Source: a virus. Taken from it: a stretch of DNA of 64,000 nt. Positions 9,572 to 18,472 of the stretch are shown piece after piece. Location: IMG/VR virus record IMGVR_UViG_3300034108_000811, positions 5,660 to 69,659 of that record; one strand, given 5' to 3'. How positions within the stretch are numbered: the first letter of the stretch is position 1; every line of letters begins with the position of its first letter. Under the pieces are notes generated by a model. It had not been told where the DNA came from, did not search any database, and saw nothing but the letters and a program-made list of their open reading frames with translations. A program made the position numbers and the translations under genes.

Positions 9572-10482
9572 GTGAGGTGAATGTAAGCAATGTAACTAGT
9601 CAGGAAGACTTGAACAATCGTGTTTCTGTTGCTGCATTCTTTGGAACATTGCAGGCTGGATTTACAGATTTTCATTATCTGCGTCCTATTTGGCAGAAAA
9701 CTACACAAAAAGATGCTCTCTTAGGAATAGGAATGACAGGTATTGCTAGTGGGGAGGTGTTAAAATACAACCTTCAAGCAGCTGCAAATGTTGCTAAACT
9801 AACCAATTCATTAGTTAGTGAGATGACAGGTATTAATGAAGCAGCTCGTATTACATGTATTAAGCCTAGTGGTACAACATCTTTGGTGTTAGGTACAGCT
9901 AGTGGTATACATGCTTGGCATGCTCCTTTCTATCTACGTACAATGCGCTTTGGAAAGAATGAAGACATTGCTAGCTATCTAATGGTTAATCATCCAGAAC
10001 TAGTTGAAGATGACCAACTTAGACCAAAGGACACAATATGTGTACGCATTCCTGTTAAAGCTCCTGAAGGTTCTATATATAGAACAGAGACAGCTATTGA
10101 CACCCTTGAGCGTGTTAAGAAGTTTTCTCAAGAATGGATTAAAGAAGGACATCTTAATGGAGACAATACACATAATGTAAGTGCTACAATTTCTATTGAT
10201 AAGGATAGAAAATATGATGCTTTATTTGGTGTAATTGATGAATGGGAAGTTGTAGGAGAATGGATGTGGGAGAATCGTGAGCATTACAACGGTTTGTCAG
10301 TGCTACCCTATTTTGGAGGAAATTACGTACAAGCACCTTTTGAGGACATTACAGAAGAAGAATACAATAAAAGAATAGCTACATTACATTCTGTTGATTT
10401 AACTCAAGTGAGAGAAATGGAAGATGTTGTTGATTTTGGCCAAGTGGCAGCTTGTGCAGGTGGTGCATGTGAAATTAGTTAA
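9572..10482 (+). CDS. nrdJ: Class II ribonucleotide reductase, exon 2
   Basis: LLGIGMTG, TCIKPSGTTS, HNVSATIS, YVQAPFEDIT, C-terminal ACAGGACEI redox pair. Confidence 0.93.
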
Positions 10483-10486
10483 AGCT

Positions 10487-10552
10487 ATGCATGACAATCT
10501 TGTACAAAACATAATCAACTCAGTTTACATTAGTATTAAAAATAATAGATGA
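10487..10552 (+). CDS. Possible 21-aa peptide MHDNLVQNIINSVYISIKNNR
   Basis: ATG 4 nt after the nrdJ stop and upstream of the terminator; too short for the ORF track. Confidence 0.3.
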   Translation: MHDNLVQNIINSVYISIKNNR

Positions 10553-10581
10553 GAGATTTGTTTTAGTCTGTGTTAATAATA

Positions 10582-10620
10582 AAGCCCCTAATGTTTCTAC
10601 ATATAAGGGGCTTTTTTTTT
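10582..10620 (+). terminator. Rho-independent terminator after nrdJ
   Basis: aaagcccct...aggggcttt stem followed by a long T run. Confidence 0.8.
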
Positions 10621-10669
10621 GTTTTTATATAGACTATTTCGTATCTTTATCACCCTAAAAAAATAAATT

Positions 10670-11701
10670 ATGGCAAAATCAAAAGAAGCTCCAGAGAGCA
10701 AAGGTAAATTTCAAGATGCTTTAGACAAGCTTAACAAGACGTATGGTGTAGGAACAGTTCTTACATTAGACAGCAAAACCACTGGTAACTATGACATATA
10801 TAGTTCAGGAAGTGTAGGTTTTGATTACATCACACTTGGTGTAGGAGGATTTGTAAAGGGAAAGCTTTATGAACTTATGGGATGGGAAGGTACAGGTAAG
10901 AGTACAATATGTGGACATTTAGTTGCTGAGTGTCAGAAGAAGGGAGGTGTAGCATTATATATAGATGGAGAGCATGCATTAGACAAGACATATTTCCAGG
11001 CTTTAGGTGTAGACACTAATAAAATGCTTGTTGCTCAACCAAGTTGTGGAGAAGAAGGATTTAATGTTGCTATGGAGATGATTAACTCAGGAGGAATTGA
11101 CCTTGTTATTATAGATTCAGATTCATCATTGATTCCTAAGAGACAGCTAGATGGTGATGTAGGTGATAGCACTATTGGTTATAAAGCTAGACTTAATAGT
11201 AATGCCTATCCAAAGCTTAAGACAGCTCTTTCTGATAACAATGTTTGTGTTGTTGTTATTAGTCAATATCGTGAGAAGATAGGTGTTATGTTTGGTAACC
11301 CAACGACAACACAAGGAGGACATGCTTTAAAATTTTATTCAGACATTCGCATAGAAGTGAGTAAATTATTAGCTAAAGAGGGAGATGTAACTTATGGTAA
11401 TCTTACAAAGGTGAAAGCCACCAAGAATAAAATAAGTCCTCCATATAGACAATCTAGTTTTGAAATCATCTATGGACAGGGAATTGATAAGGTGGGAGAG
11501 ATTTTAGAGCTTATTAACACGTATGAGGTGGGTAGGAAGTATGGTAAGACAATGACATTTGAAGATGTTAAATATGACCTAGAAGAGTTTAAGAGTATGC
11601 TTATGGACAACCAAGAGTTTTACGACAGTATTAAACAAACCATCCTTAATAAAATATGGAAAACTGTTGACACTCAACCAGTTGAGAATGAACAAGTGTA
11701 A
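10670..11701 (+). CDS. recA: RecA recombinase
   Basis: GWEGTGKST Walker A, YIDGEHALD, VIIDS, QYREKIGVMFGNPTTTQGGHALKFY. Confidence 0.95.
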   Translation: MAKSKEAPESKGKFQDALDKLNKTYGVGTVLTLDSKTTGNYDIYSSGSVGFDYITLGVGGFVKGKLYELMGWEGTGKSTICGHLVAECQKKGGVALYIDGEHALDKTYFQALGVDTNKMLVAQPSCGEEGFNVAMEMINSGGIDLVIIDSDSSLIPKRQLDGDVGDSTIGYKARLNSNAYPKLKTALSDNNVCVVVISQYREKIGVMFGNPTTTQGGHALKFYSDIRIEVSKLLAKEGDVTYGNLTKVKATKNKISPPYRQSSFEIIYGQGIDKVGEILELINTYEVGRKYGKTMTFEDVKYDLEEFKSMLMDNQEFYDSIKQTILNKIWKTVDTQPVENEQV

Positions 11702-12083
11702 AACATGTGGCGGAAATTGTGACAAAGAATATTGTTTTGGGTGCAAACCAAGAAAGCCATTAGCTCAGAGAAAAATGTTGGTTAATACCTACAAAAAGGG
11801 GAATGATGTGGAAAATAAACAACAAATGCATGAATTTTTCCAATTATTATGGAAAAAATTCCCTCATTATTCTATGATTAGTGGAAAATATTTAGGAAAT
11901 GAACCTTTAACAATATTCTTTCATCACATTTTACCAAAAGAAAAATATCCACAAGCTTGTTTAGATGAAGAAAACATCATAATTTTGACTCTTGAAGAAC
12001 ATGAACAAGTGGAAATGGACATGTATAGATTTGAAGAAGTGAACAACAAACGTAATTATTTAAAAACCAAATACAATTTATGA
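11667..12083 (+). CDS. NinG/HNH-like nuclease with N-terminal Cys cluster (start may be the later Met, MNKCKTC)
   Basis: CKTC...CFGC; FHHILPKEKYP...ENIIILTLEEH. Confidence 0.6.
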   Translation: MTLNQLRMNKCKTCGGNCDKEYCFGCKPRKPLAQRKMLVNTYKKGNDVENKQQMHEFFQLLWKKFPHYSMISGKYLGNEPLTIFFHHILPKEKYPQACLDEENIIILTLEEHEQVEMDMYRFEEVNNKRNYLKTKYNL

Positions 12084-12367
12084 ATCAGTTTTTTTACACA
12101 AGGGTGGAAGGAGAAAAGACCTTTAATGACAGTTTTAATGTTAATTTAGTTATTCGTTCTGTAGAGAATGAAGATGGAACAGTGTTAGTGTTGCTTAATG
12201 ATTTACATGAGCGCTCTCGTGAAGTTCCTGATATTAATGTTAAAACAAACAAGGTGGTGGGAATGAAACGCCAAAGAGATGTATTTCAGAGTGAAATTAC
12301 ACTAAGTAAAGAAGATGGAATTAGATTTAAAACTTTAAACGAAAAAGAATGGAATTTAAGAAACTAA
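12080..12367 (+). CDS. Hypothetical protein, 95 aa
   Basis: Overlap-coupled ORF. Confidence 0.7.
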   Translation: MNQFFYTRVEGEKTFNDSFNVNLVIRSVENEDGTVLVLLNDLHERSREVPDINVKTNKVVGMKRQRDVFQSEITLSKEDGIRFKTLNEKEWNLRN

Positions 12368-12636
12368 GAGGCAATCGTGTATATTTAGAATTGCCCAAGA
12401 AAGAAGAAAGTAAGTTAGTTGTTGATGAAAACACTAAAGAAGCATTACAAAAGGAGATGTTAAAGAAGATGTCTAAGCTGAATGTGTATGCTGTAGGTGA
12501 CCTTGTCACTGATATTATCCCTGGAGATGATGTGTTAGTTGACCCAAGTGCTCTCAGTAAAAGTCTTATTATTCCTCTGTCTGATGAAAAAGATGTATTA
12601 TTAGTGTCACCTTTTGATATTATACACGTATGGTAG
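12349..12636 (+). CDS. groES: GroES-like co-chaperonin
   Basis: KKLRGNRVYL...VYAVGD...IIPGDDVLV...DII; 95 aa. Confidence 0.75.
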   Translation: MEFKKLRGNRVYLELPKKEESKLVVDENTKEALQKEMLKKMSKLNVYAVGDLVTDIIPGDDVLVDPSALSKSLIIPLSDEKDVLLVSPFDIIHVW

Positions 12637-13400
12637 AAAATCTTCCATTTATTAGTGCGAAGTGCATAACTTATGGAAGGGTGGAAATGTTGGAGGAAAG
12701 CTTACATAGCTTCCTCCAGCAAGACTATCCTGCTGATAAGTGTGAGCTTGTAATCGTTAATGATTATCATCTGCAGAAGCTTAAGTTTGATCACCCACAG
12801 GTGAGAATATACAATCTTGATGAAACATTCTCCACTATAGGAGATAAAGAAAACTATGCTACAGAGCTCTGTAAAGGAGACATCATATGTCAATGGGATG
12901 ATGATGATGTAGCTACTCCTTGGCATTTGAAGAATGTAGCCAAATATTTCACTGATGATGTGAATATTATGCATTGGAACCCAGGTGTGTTCTATAATGG
13001 TGATGGTATTACAGACATCAGATGGATAGGTAATTCTGGTATTGTTTTTCGTAAATCAGCCTGGAAAGCTATTGGAGGACATCCTATTGAGAATGCTGGA
13101 TATGACATGACATTTATAGAGCGTTTACATGCTCATGGAGGAAGACTATTTGCTGAACCTCCTAAAGAAGAAGCAAGTTGGTTCTATATGTGGGGTGGAA
13201 GAGGCTATCATATGTCTGGACAAGGACATGACAAAGAAGGCAGTCCAAATGTTATACAGAGGCATAGTATGCATATAGAGAACATGAGAATGCAAGGCAA
13301 GATTCCCACAGGAGAAATAGAACTAAAGCCTTATTGGAAACAAGATTATCAACAAATATTAAAAGACTATGTTAGTAGACTTCATAATCCCAACATATAA
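12630..13400 (+). CDS. GT-A fold (GT2) glycosyltransferase
   Basis: ITYGR, QQDYP, ELVIVND, QWDDDD, GYD. Confidence 0.88.
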   Translation: MVENLPFISAKCITYGRVEMLEESLHSFLQQDYPADKCELVIVNDYHLQKLKFDHPQVRIYNLDETFSTIGDKENYATELCKGDIICQWDDDDVATPWHLKNVAKYFTDDVNIMHWNPGVFYNGDGITDIRWIGNSGIVFRKSAWKAIGGHPIENAGYDMTFIERLHAHGGRLFAEPPKEEASWFYMWGGRGYHMSGQGHDKEGSPNVIQRHSMHIENMRMQGKIPTGEIELKPYWKQDYQQILKDYVSRLHNPNI

Positions 13401-13935
13401 CAGACCTGAGCTGTTAAAATGCATGCTACATTCCTTAGTTGCTCAAATAGAGCCTGATTGGGGAGCACATGTTGTTATAGACAACCCTGATGATGTAGAG
13501 AACGTTAAGCTTGTAGAAAGCTTTAATGACAAACGCATTAGATGGTCAAAGATGGACAAGCGTTATAATGACTGGGGACATACACCAAGAGAATATGGTA
13601 AACAGCAAAGTGAGGCTGATTACATTATTATGACAGGAGATGACAACTATTACACTCCTAATTTTACAAAAGAACTTGATTCTAGAGCAATTGATAATCC
13701 TGGTATGATATATTGGGACATGGTGCATTCTCACTATCATTATGCGTATTTTAAATGTTTTCCTGGTGGAGGACAAATAGACATGGGAGCATTTGCTACA
13801 CGTAGAGACCTTGCCCAACAAATTCCATTAGGAACAGAATATGCAGCTGATGGATGGTTTGTTGAGCATTTTAAACAAAAATTTCCATACGAAAACATTG
13901 CAAGAATAGACAAAGTGTTATTCGTTCATAACTAA
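13369..13935 (+). CDS. GT2 glycosyltransferase
   Basis: IIPTYNR, GDDNYY, ADGWF, LFVHN. Confidence 0.88.
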   Translation: MLVDFIIPTYNRPELLKCMLHSLVAQIEPDWGAHVVIDNPDDVENVKLVESFNDKRIRWSKMDKRYNDWGHTPREYGKQQSEADYIIMTGDDNYYTPNFTKELDSRAIDNPGMIYWDMVHSHYHYAYFKCFPGGGQIDMGAFATRRDLAQQIPLGTEYAADGWFVEHFKQKFPYENIARIDKVLFVHN

Positions 13936-13940
13936 TTTAT

Positions 13941-14162
13941 ATGATAGTACAAACCATTCATGAAATCCTCAATCCATTTGATGTTGAGGTGAAAGAGCTA
14001 GGCTATGGTGTAGCTCTTTTTTTAATTGCTGGAAGTATACATAGTAATCCCCAGTTTATTATTAGATTTTATAAAACAGGAATTCTTCGTACAGTGGACC
14101 AAAACGATATTATAGTTTATGGTAATCCAACAGCAGGAGAATCTTTAATACCAAAACAATGA
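13941..14162 (+). CDS. Hypothetical protein, 73 aa
   Basis: Within the operon; ATGA overlap. Confidence 0.65.
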   Translation: MIVQTIHEILNPFDVEVKELGYGVALFLIAGSIHSNPQFIIRFYKTGILRTVDQNDIIVYGNPTAGESLIPKQ

Positions 14163-14740
14163 TATTAACAGAAATTGCCAATAAGAATGGCACAGATAAA
14201 GGAACAGAGCATTATGAAGCTCATGGGTATACAGATCATTATGAGAAATATATTCCTTCTACAGGAAACTACACTCTCTTAGAGATAGGTGTGTGGCATG
14301 GGGATAGCCTAAGGATGTGGAAGGAATACAATCCTGAAATGAATTTACATGGTGTGGACATTGATCCAAGAACGACAAATTATGTTTCTCCAGATGAATT
14401 TAATATACATATAGGAGACCAAACAGATGAGAAATTCTTAGAAGATGTTGTTAAGCTTACAGGTCCCCTTGATTTTGTTATAGATGATGGAAGCCATGTA
14501 GGAGAACATATTGTAAAAAGCTTTGAAATCCTATGGAAACATGTAAAGCCTGGAGGTTATTATTTCATTGAAGATTTGCATGCAGGACAAGCTGATGCAA
14601 TGAATACAAGTATAAAAATACTTGATATTATAGATGCTATGAAACCCCATCATGATCATGACTTAGTGTGGATAACTCCAAATATTATTTATACACGCTT
14701 TGCTGTAAACAATAAACTACTAATTTTAGAAAAACCATGA
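14159..14740 (+). CDS. Class I SAM-dependent methyltransferase (MycE-like sugar O-methyltransferase)
   Basis: GTDK, LLEIGV, GVDID, GDQ, VIDDGSH, PGGYYFIEDL. Confidence 0.85.
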   Translation: MILTEIANKNGTDKGTEHYEAHGYTDHYEKYIPSTGNYTLLEIGVWHGDSLRMWKEYNPEMNLHGVDIDPRTTNYVSPDEFNIHIGDQTDEKFLEDVVKLTGPLDFVIDDGSHVGEHIVKSFEILWKHVKPGGYYFIEDLHAGQADAMNTSIKILDIIDAMKPHHDHDLVWITPNIIYTRFAVNNKLLILEKP

Positions 14741-15393
14741 CCCCAATTCCTGTAATAATAAACAATAGAAACCTTCTAACATGGCCCAAAGCTATGGTAG
14801 AGAGAATAAAACAATTTAAGGGTGTGGGAGAGATTATTATTGTAGACAATGATTCATCCTACCCACCATTATTAGAATGGTATGCTACTAATCCTTGTAG
14901 AATAGAGAAGCTTGATAGGAATGTAGGAATGGCTGCTCCTTGGTTAGCAGGTGTAGTGGCTAGGCTTGGTGTAGCACATTATGTTGTAACAGACCCAGAT
15001 ATGGGGCTAGCAGAAACTCCATACGATGTTCTTCTTCATCTAAAGGAGAAAATGCAAGAGCTTAATCTAACAAAGATAGGACTAGGACTAGACTGGCAGA
15101 GAGTGGAGAGCAAATCTCCTTATTATCAAAGACTCCATGTATACGAGAAAGATAGATGGGAGAAATCACGCATGGTGGATGGTGTGGCACTAGATGTACA
15201 AATAGACACTACATTTGCTTTATACGCTATAGGAAACTATTTTATAGGAGGTGCGTCTACAACATTTCCATATGTAGCAAGACATCTTCCTTGGGAATTC
15301 TCTATAGAAGAAGCAAGAAACAATGAGGAATTTCTGTATTATATACAGAATGCCACATCAGCCTCTTCCTACAAAACAATTGTAACGCTGTAA
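14737..15393 (+). CDS. GT2-like glycosyltransferase
   Basis: IIIVDNDSSYPPLL, YVVTDPD (DxD), IDTTFALY, ARHLPW. Confidence 0.78.
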   Translation: MTPIPVIINNRNLLTWPKAMVERIKQFKGVGEIIIVDNDSSYPPLLEWYATNPCRIEKLDRNVGMAAPWLAGVVARLGVAHYVVTDPDMGLAETPYDVLLHLKEKMQELNLTKIGLGLDWQRVESKSPYYQRLHVYEKDRWEKSRMVDGVALDVQIDTTFALYAIGNYFIGGASTTFPYVARHLPWEFSIEEARNNEEFLYYIQNATSASSYKTIVTL

Positions 15394-15395
15394 AT

Positions 15396-15428
15396 AAAAA
15401 AGCCCTCGTAATTGAGGGCTTTTTCTTT
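15396..15428. terminator. Bidirectional intrinsic terminator between the convergent arms
   Basis: aaaaaaGCCCTC-gtaatt-GAGGGCttttt, with A run before and T run after. Confidence 0.9.
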
Positions 15429-15435
15429 ATCGAAA

Positions 15436-15510
15436 GCTTCTTTAAGGGACCTACTCTAGAATAGGTGTTCACAACCTGAGTGTGCAGTTCTTATGAGATG
15501 CAGGAGAAGC
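15436..15510. ncRNA. Candidate structured RNA element (multi-stem junction), family unknown
   Basis: Closing stem gcttct/agaagc enclosing accta/taggt, cac/gtg and tgca/tgca hairpins in a non-coding gap. Confidence 0.3.
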
Positions 15511-15512
15511 GA

Positions 15513-15650
15513 TTATTTTGACAATCTCTTTGATTTGAGAGGCCACATTTTACTTTTCAGTCTGCTTTTTGTATCACCTTCTTTCATGTAATTATCCTTA
15601 GGCTTAGGATTAATCACTTTAGGTGCTTTCTTTGGCTTTCCTGATTTCAT
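15513..15650 (-). CDS. Small Lys-rich protein, 45 aa (not in ORF track)
   Basis: MKSGKPKKAPKVINPKPKDNYMKEGDTKSRLKSKMWPLKSKRLSK*; abuts the upstream stop. Confidence 0.7.
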   Translation of the reverse strand: MKSGKPKKAPKVINPKPKDNYMKEGDTKSRLKSKMWPLKSKRLSK

Positions 15651-15863
15651 TTAACAACCCTTTTTCATCATTCCACCCTTTTTCATCATAGATGCACCGT
15701 AATTAGCTTTCTTTGTACCTTTAGGTACCATAGAAGCAGCTTTACCACCCATTTTCATTTTTGTACCAGATTTAGCAATAACACCACGACCTTTTAATAT
15801 ATCAGCCTTAGTTACTTTACCATCCTTGTTTAAGTCAGGAAAACTTTTTTTCATTTTTGCCAT
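15651..15863 (-). CDS. Small basic protein with an EF-hand/dockerin-like loop
   Basis: DLNKDGKVTKAD followed by repeated MKxGG-like units. Confidence 0.75.
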   Translation of the reverse strand: MAKMKKSFPDLNKDGKVTKADILKGRGVIAKSGTKMKMGGKAASMVPKGTKKANYGASMMKKGGMMKKGC

Positions 15864-15875
15864 GATTATTTAGAT

Positions 15876-16499
15876 TTAGATTTTAATATGTTTCCAAGTT
15901 TTACCTCTATGAATATCTTTTATAGAGTAATAACTCAGTTCAAGTTTATCTGCTACTTGTTTAGGAAGACAACCACTTGCCAATTGTTTTTTAATTTCAA
16001 CTACTTGTTCATCTGTAAGCTTAGCCATTTTATGACTAGAACCAGCTTTCCAATTTTTTGATAAGTTCTCTAGATGTTTGTTCCTATAAGTTTCATCTTT
16101 CCAGTTTTCTTTTTGAGAAACTGACTTTTTGAGTTTAACTTCTTCAGTTCTCTTTATTCCAAGGTTACTACCAGCAATCTTGGCTACATTATAATGTGGC
16201 TTTAGATTGTCAATATACTCTTGTTCTGTTTTAAGAATCTCCTCAGTAGGACACTCACAAATAATCTCAAACCTAAAGTTATCCTCTCCATGCTTATTCA
16301 CTGCTCTGATTAACTTTACACATGTATTTTTACCAGAACGTATGTCGTGGATGTGAGTGTAATACCTTTTTATCAGATTATTTGTACTTCCTATGTAGAA
16401 CTTATCATCAACATCATTAGTAATTTTGTAAATAACTCCTCCTTTTTGCTTCTCGGAGAAGTATTTCTGTTTACTTTCATTACTAATGGCTAATATCAT
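15876..16499 (-). CDS. Free-standing GIY-YIG homing endonuclease
   Basis: VIYKIT...FYIGS...R, EQEYID...YN; C-terminal AKLT..QV..I...GKTWKHI helix-turn-helix. Confidence 0.9.
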   Translation of the reverse strand: MILAISNESKQKYFSEKQKGGVIYKITNDVDDKFYIGSTNNLIKRYYTHIHDIRSGKNTCVKLIRAVNKHGEDNFRFEIICECPTEEILKTEQEYIDNLKPHYNVAKIAGSNLGIKRTEEVKLKKSVSQKENWKDETYRNKHLENLSKNWKAGSSHKMAKLTDEQVVEIKKQLASGCLPKQVADKLELSYYSIKDIHRGKTWKHIKI

Positions 16500-16663
16500 T
16501 TTTCTTTAGCTTTAATCTTTCTCTCCTGAGTTAACATAGCTTTTGTAGGGGCTTTAGATTTAGCACCAGTTTTTTTATTCTGGGCTGCTTTGCTCCTCAA
16601 ATTATCCCACAATCCACGTTGTGATGTAGAACCATCTTTACGTTTTAACATTTGTTTTGCCAT
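16496..16663 (-). CDS. Small Lys-rich protein, 55 aa (not in ORF track)
   Basis: MAKQMLKRKDGSTSQRGLWDNLRSKAAQNKKTGAKSKAPTKAMLTQERKIKAKEK*; ATGA overlap with the GIY-YIG gene. Confidence 0.75.
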   Translation of the reverse strand: MAKQMLKRKDGSTSQRGLWDNLRSKAAQNKKTGAKSKAPTKAMLTQERKIKAKEK

Positions 16664-16675
16664 AATATTAAGTTT

Positions 16676-17005
16676 TTAACACTTCCACTTTCTCAAACTC
16701 TTATTAATTCTGCTGTTAGGGTCATTAGCAGTTTTTGCACTTGTAAGCTTTTTCTTCATACCTGACATCCTAGCACAAAATGATTTCTTTCTAGGACCAC
16801 CCTCAGGTTGAGGAGCTTTAAGACCAGGCTTTCCTGGATTGGCTTTGTTATAAGAAGCTCTACCCTTAGCATTAAGTCCTCCAGAAGGATTCTTTCCTTC
16901 CTTTCTTTGCCATGCAGGTGTAGTGCCACCATTCTTTAATGATGTACCATCTTTTTTAATAAGAGGACCATTAGGAACACGTGTAGGTTTCTTAATAGTA
17001 GCCAT
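16676..17005 (-). CDS. Basic phage protein (DUF6321-like)
   Basis: AWQRKEGKNPSGGLNAKGRAS...RKKSFCARMSG...SRINKSLRKWKC. Confidence 0.75.
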   Translation of the reverse strand: MATIKKPTRVPNGPLIKKDGTSLKNGGTTPAWQRKEGKNPSGGLNAKGRASYNKANPGKPGLKAPQPEGGPRKKSFCARMSGMKKKLTSAKTANDPNSRINKSLRKWKC

Positions 17006-17007
17006 TG

Positions 17008-17157
17008 TTATTTCTTTTTAGCAGCTATTTTCTTAAAAGTTTTTGCTAACGCTTTAGCTTTACCAGTGCATCCAGGCTTTGTGATAGGCGTACATTTACC
17101 TTCTGTTCCTCTTTTCTTAATAGAGGCTGTAGCTTTTTGTATCCATTTCTCTGCCAT
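17008..17157 (-). CDS. Small Lys-rich protein, 49 aa (not in ORF track)
   Basis: MAEKWIQKATASIKKRGTEGKCTPITKPGCTGKAKALAKTFKKIAAKKK*. Confidence 0.75.
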   Translation of the reverse strand: MAEKWIQKATASIKKRGTEGKCTPITKPGCTGKAKALAKTFKKIAAKKK

Positions 17158-17161
17158 GATG

Positions 17162-17293
17162 TTATTTCTTTTTAGAGCCAGTCTTCTTACCAGCTATTGT
17201 ACGTTGTTGCACCTTTGTAAATGCACCTTTAGGATCTACCATAGGAGCTTTTGTTTTCTTAGTGAGAACACCTCCTGCTTGAGCTTTTTTCAT
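17162..17293 (-). CDS. Small Lys-rich protein, 43 aa (start revised from 17395)
   Basis: MKKAQAGGVLTKK...GSKKK*; the longer call overlaps the upstream gene. Confidence 0.7.
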   Translation of the reverse strand: MKKAQAGGVLTKKTKAPMVDPKGAFTKVQQRTIAGKKTGSKKK

Positions 17294-17303
17294 GTTTAAT
17301 GTT

Positions 17304-17546
17304 TTATTTAACCACTGATAAATTATTGAATGGTTCTGCTTCTTTAACAACATCAGCTTCAACAGCTTTAGCCATAACATTTTCAATTGCATCATTAGCT
17401 CTACTAGCTAAAAGAATTGTAGAGGCTTCTTGTGTGTTAAGAACAGAGCGAAGCGTGTTTAGAATTAATCCAAATTCGTGTCCTGTAATTTCAAATTTGT
17501 CATCAGGACTCCATGTATACTTTTTTGATGGGTCATACGTTGCCAT
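17304..17546 (-). CDS. Hypothetical protein, 80 aa
   Basis: Preceded by TACATTTG (- strand, 17573-17580). Confidence 0.75.
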   Translation of the reverse strand: MATYDPSKKYTWSPDDKFEITGHEFGLILNTLRSVLNTQEASTILLASRANDAIENVMAKAVEADVVKEAEPFNNLSVVK

Positions 17547-17591
17547 AAATTATAATTTTGGTTTTAAAAAAACAAATGTAAAACAAATAAA

Positions 17592-17879
17592 TCAAATATC
17601 AAAATCTAATTCAAATGTTATTGTTGCTGAACTTTTTATAGACTTACTTAAGCTTAGCTTTATTTGGAAAATGTTATGTAGTTTTAATATCTCCTCCAGA
17701 AGCATGTCTGTATACATAGGAACTGATGGAGCTAGTCTAAAATGATAGGAACGTGGGTTCTTTGTTATCTCCAATGCACAAAGTTCATCCACTGATTCTA
17801 TAACTGCCTGAAGATGATTGAAATATATCACCTCATTATCTGGCATCACCTCAGGAAAAAACTTCTTATTTACTGTCAT
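17592..17879 (-). CDS. Hypothetical protein, 95 aa
   Basis: TAATG overlap with the upstream gene. Confidence 0.7.
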   Translation of the reverse strand: MTVNKKFFPEVMPDNEVIYFNHLQAVIESVDELCALEITKNPRSYHFRLAPSVPMYTDMLLEEILKLHNIFQIKLSLSKSIKSSATITFELDFDI

Positions 17880-18295
17880 TAACTCAGAGTTAATAAATAT
17901 TTTGCTTTTGCAGCTTCTCCAGATAGAGACTGGGCAATGTTCTCAATATCAGGCATTCCATTGGAGGAAGCATATGATTGTAGTTGAGTGGAGAATGCAA
18001 GTAAATTACCCACTACTGTATTAGGAACTCCTGAGGCGTAATTAATGAGCATTTCATGCTTTACAGCCATTGGTCTTTTTCCTGAATACCCCATCATTTT
18101 TTCTACAATCTCATCTTTGAAATCAAACACTTTGTCATACAAACCACCAAGAGCTTGGTGTTCTGCATAACTAGTTGTCTGCCAATGCAATAGATGCAAT
18201 TGGTCAACAAAGTGTGTTAGCTTTGATGCAACTAAATCTAAGCTTAGCTCTCCTCCTGAAGAGCTAAGCATATCCTCTGGAAATAAAGATTTCAT
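17879..18295 (-). CDS. Ferritin/Dps-like four-helix protein (DUF5856-like); start revised to MKSLFPED
   Basis: LHLLHWQTTSYAEHQALGGLYD...DEIVE...KYLLTLS. Confidence 0.8.
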   Translation of the reverse strand: MKSLFPEDMLSSSGGELSLDLVASKLTHFVDQLHLLHWQTTSYAEHQALGGLYDKVFDFKDEIVEKMMGYSGKRPMAVKHEMLINYASGVPNTVVGNLLAFSTQLQSYASSNGMPDIENIAQSLSGEAAKAKYLLTLS

Positions 18296-18462
18296 TAGGT
18301 GGTTGTTGTAGTGGTGGTGGTATAATTGCAGCATTCATAGCCTTGAATTTCCATCCACTTACCTACCTTGGGCATGTTCTTTCTCAGAATAAGGCTTCCA
18401 GCTACAATTCTTCCACTTCCATCGAAGCGAACATAAGCTTTTAAAGGACGAGCGTTTGACAT
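18295..18462 (-). CDS. 55-aa protein ending in a poly-Thr tail (not in ORF track)
   Basis: MSNARPLKAYVRFDGSGRIVAGSLILRKNMPKVGKWMEIQGYECCNYTTTTTTTT*; TAATG coupling to the next gene. Confidence 0.75.
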   Translation of the reverse strand: MSNARPLKAYVRFDGSGRIVAGSLILRKNMPKVGKWMEIQGYECCNYTTTTTTTT

Positions 18463-18472
18463 TTTTTAATAA

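Noticed and set aside
8843-9577. nrdJ as a pseudogene, frameshift, intein or two-subunit enzyme
   Set aside because: Group I core elements and exact frame-restoring splice sites explain the break.
15436-15510. tRNA or known small ribozyme
   Set aside because: No TTC T-loop, D-loop GG or CCA arrangement and no CUGAnGA/GAAA core; kept only as an unknown structured candidate.
18296-18334. His-rich N-terminus MLQLYHHHYNNH on the ferritin-like ORF
   Set aside because: It is an alternate-frame reading of the poly-Thr codons of the upstream small ORF; the likely start is 18295.
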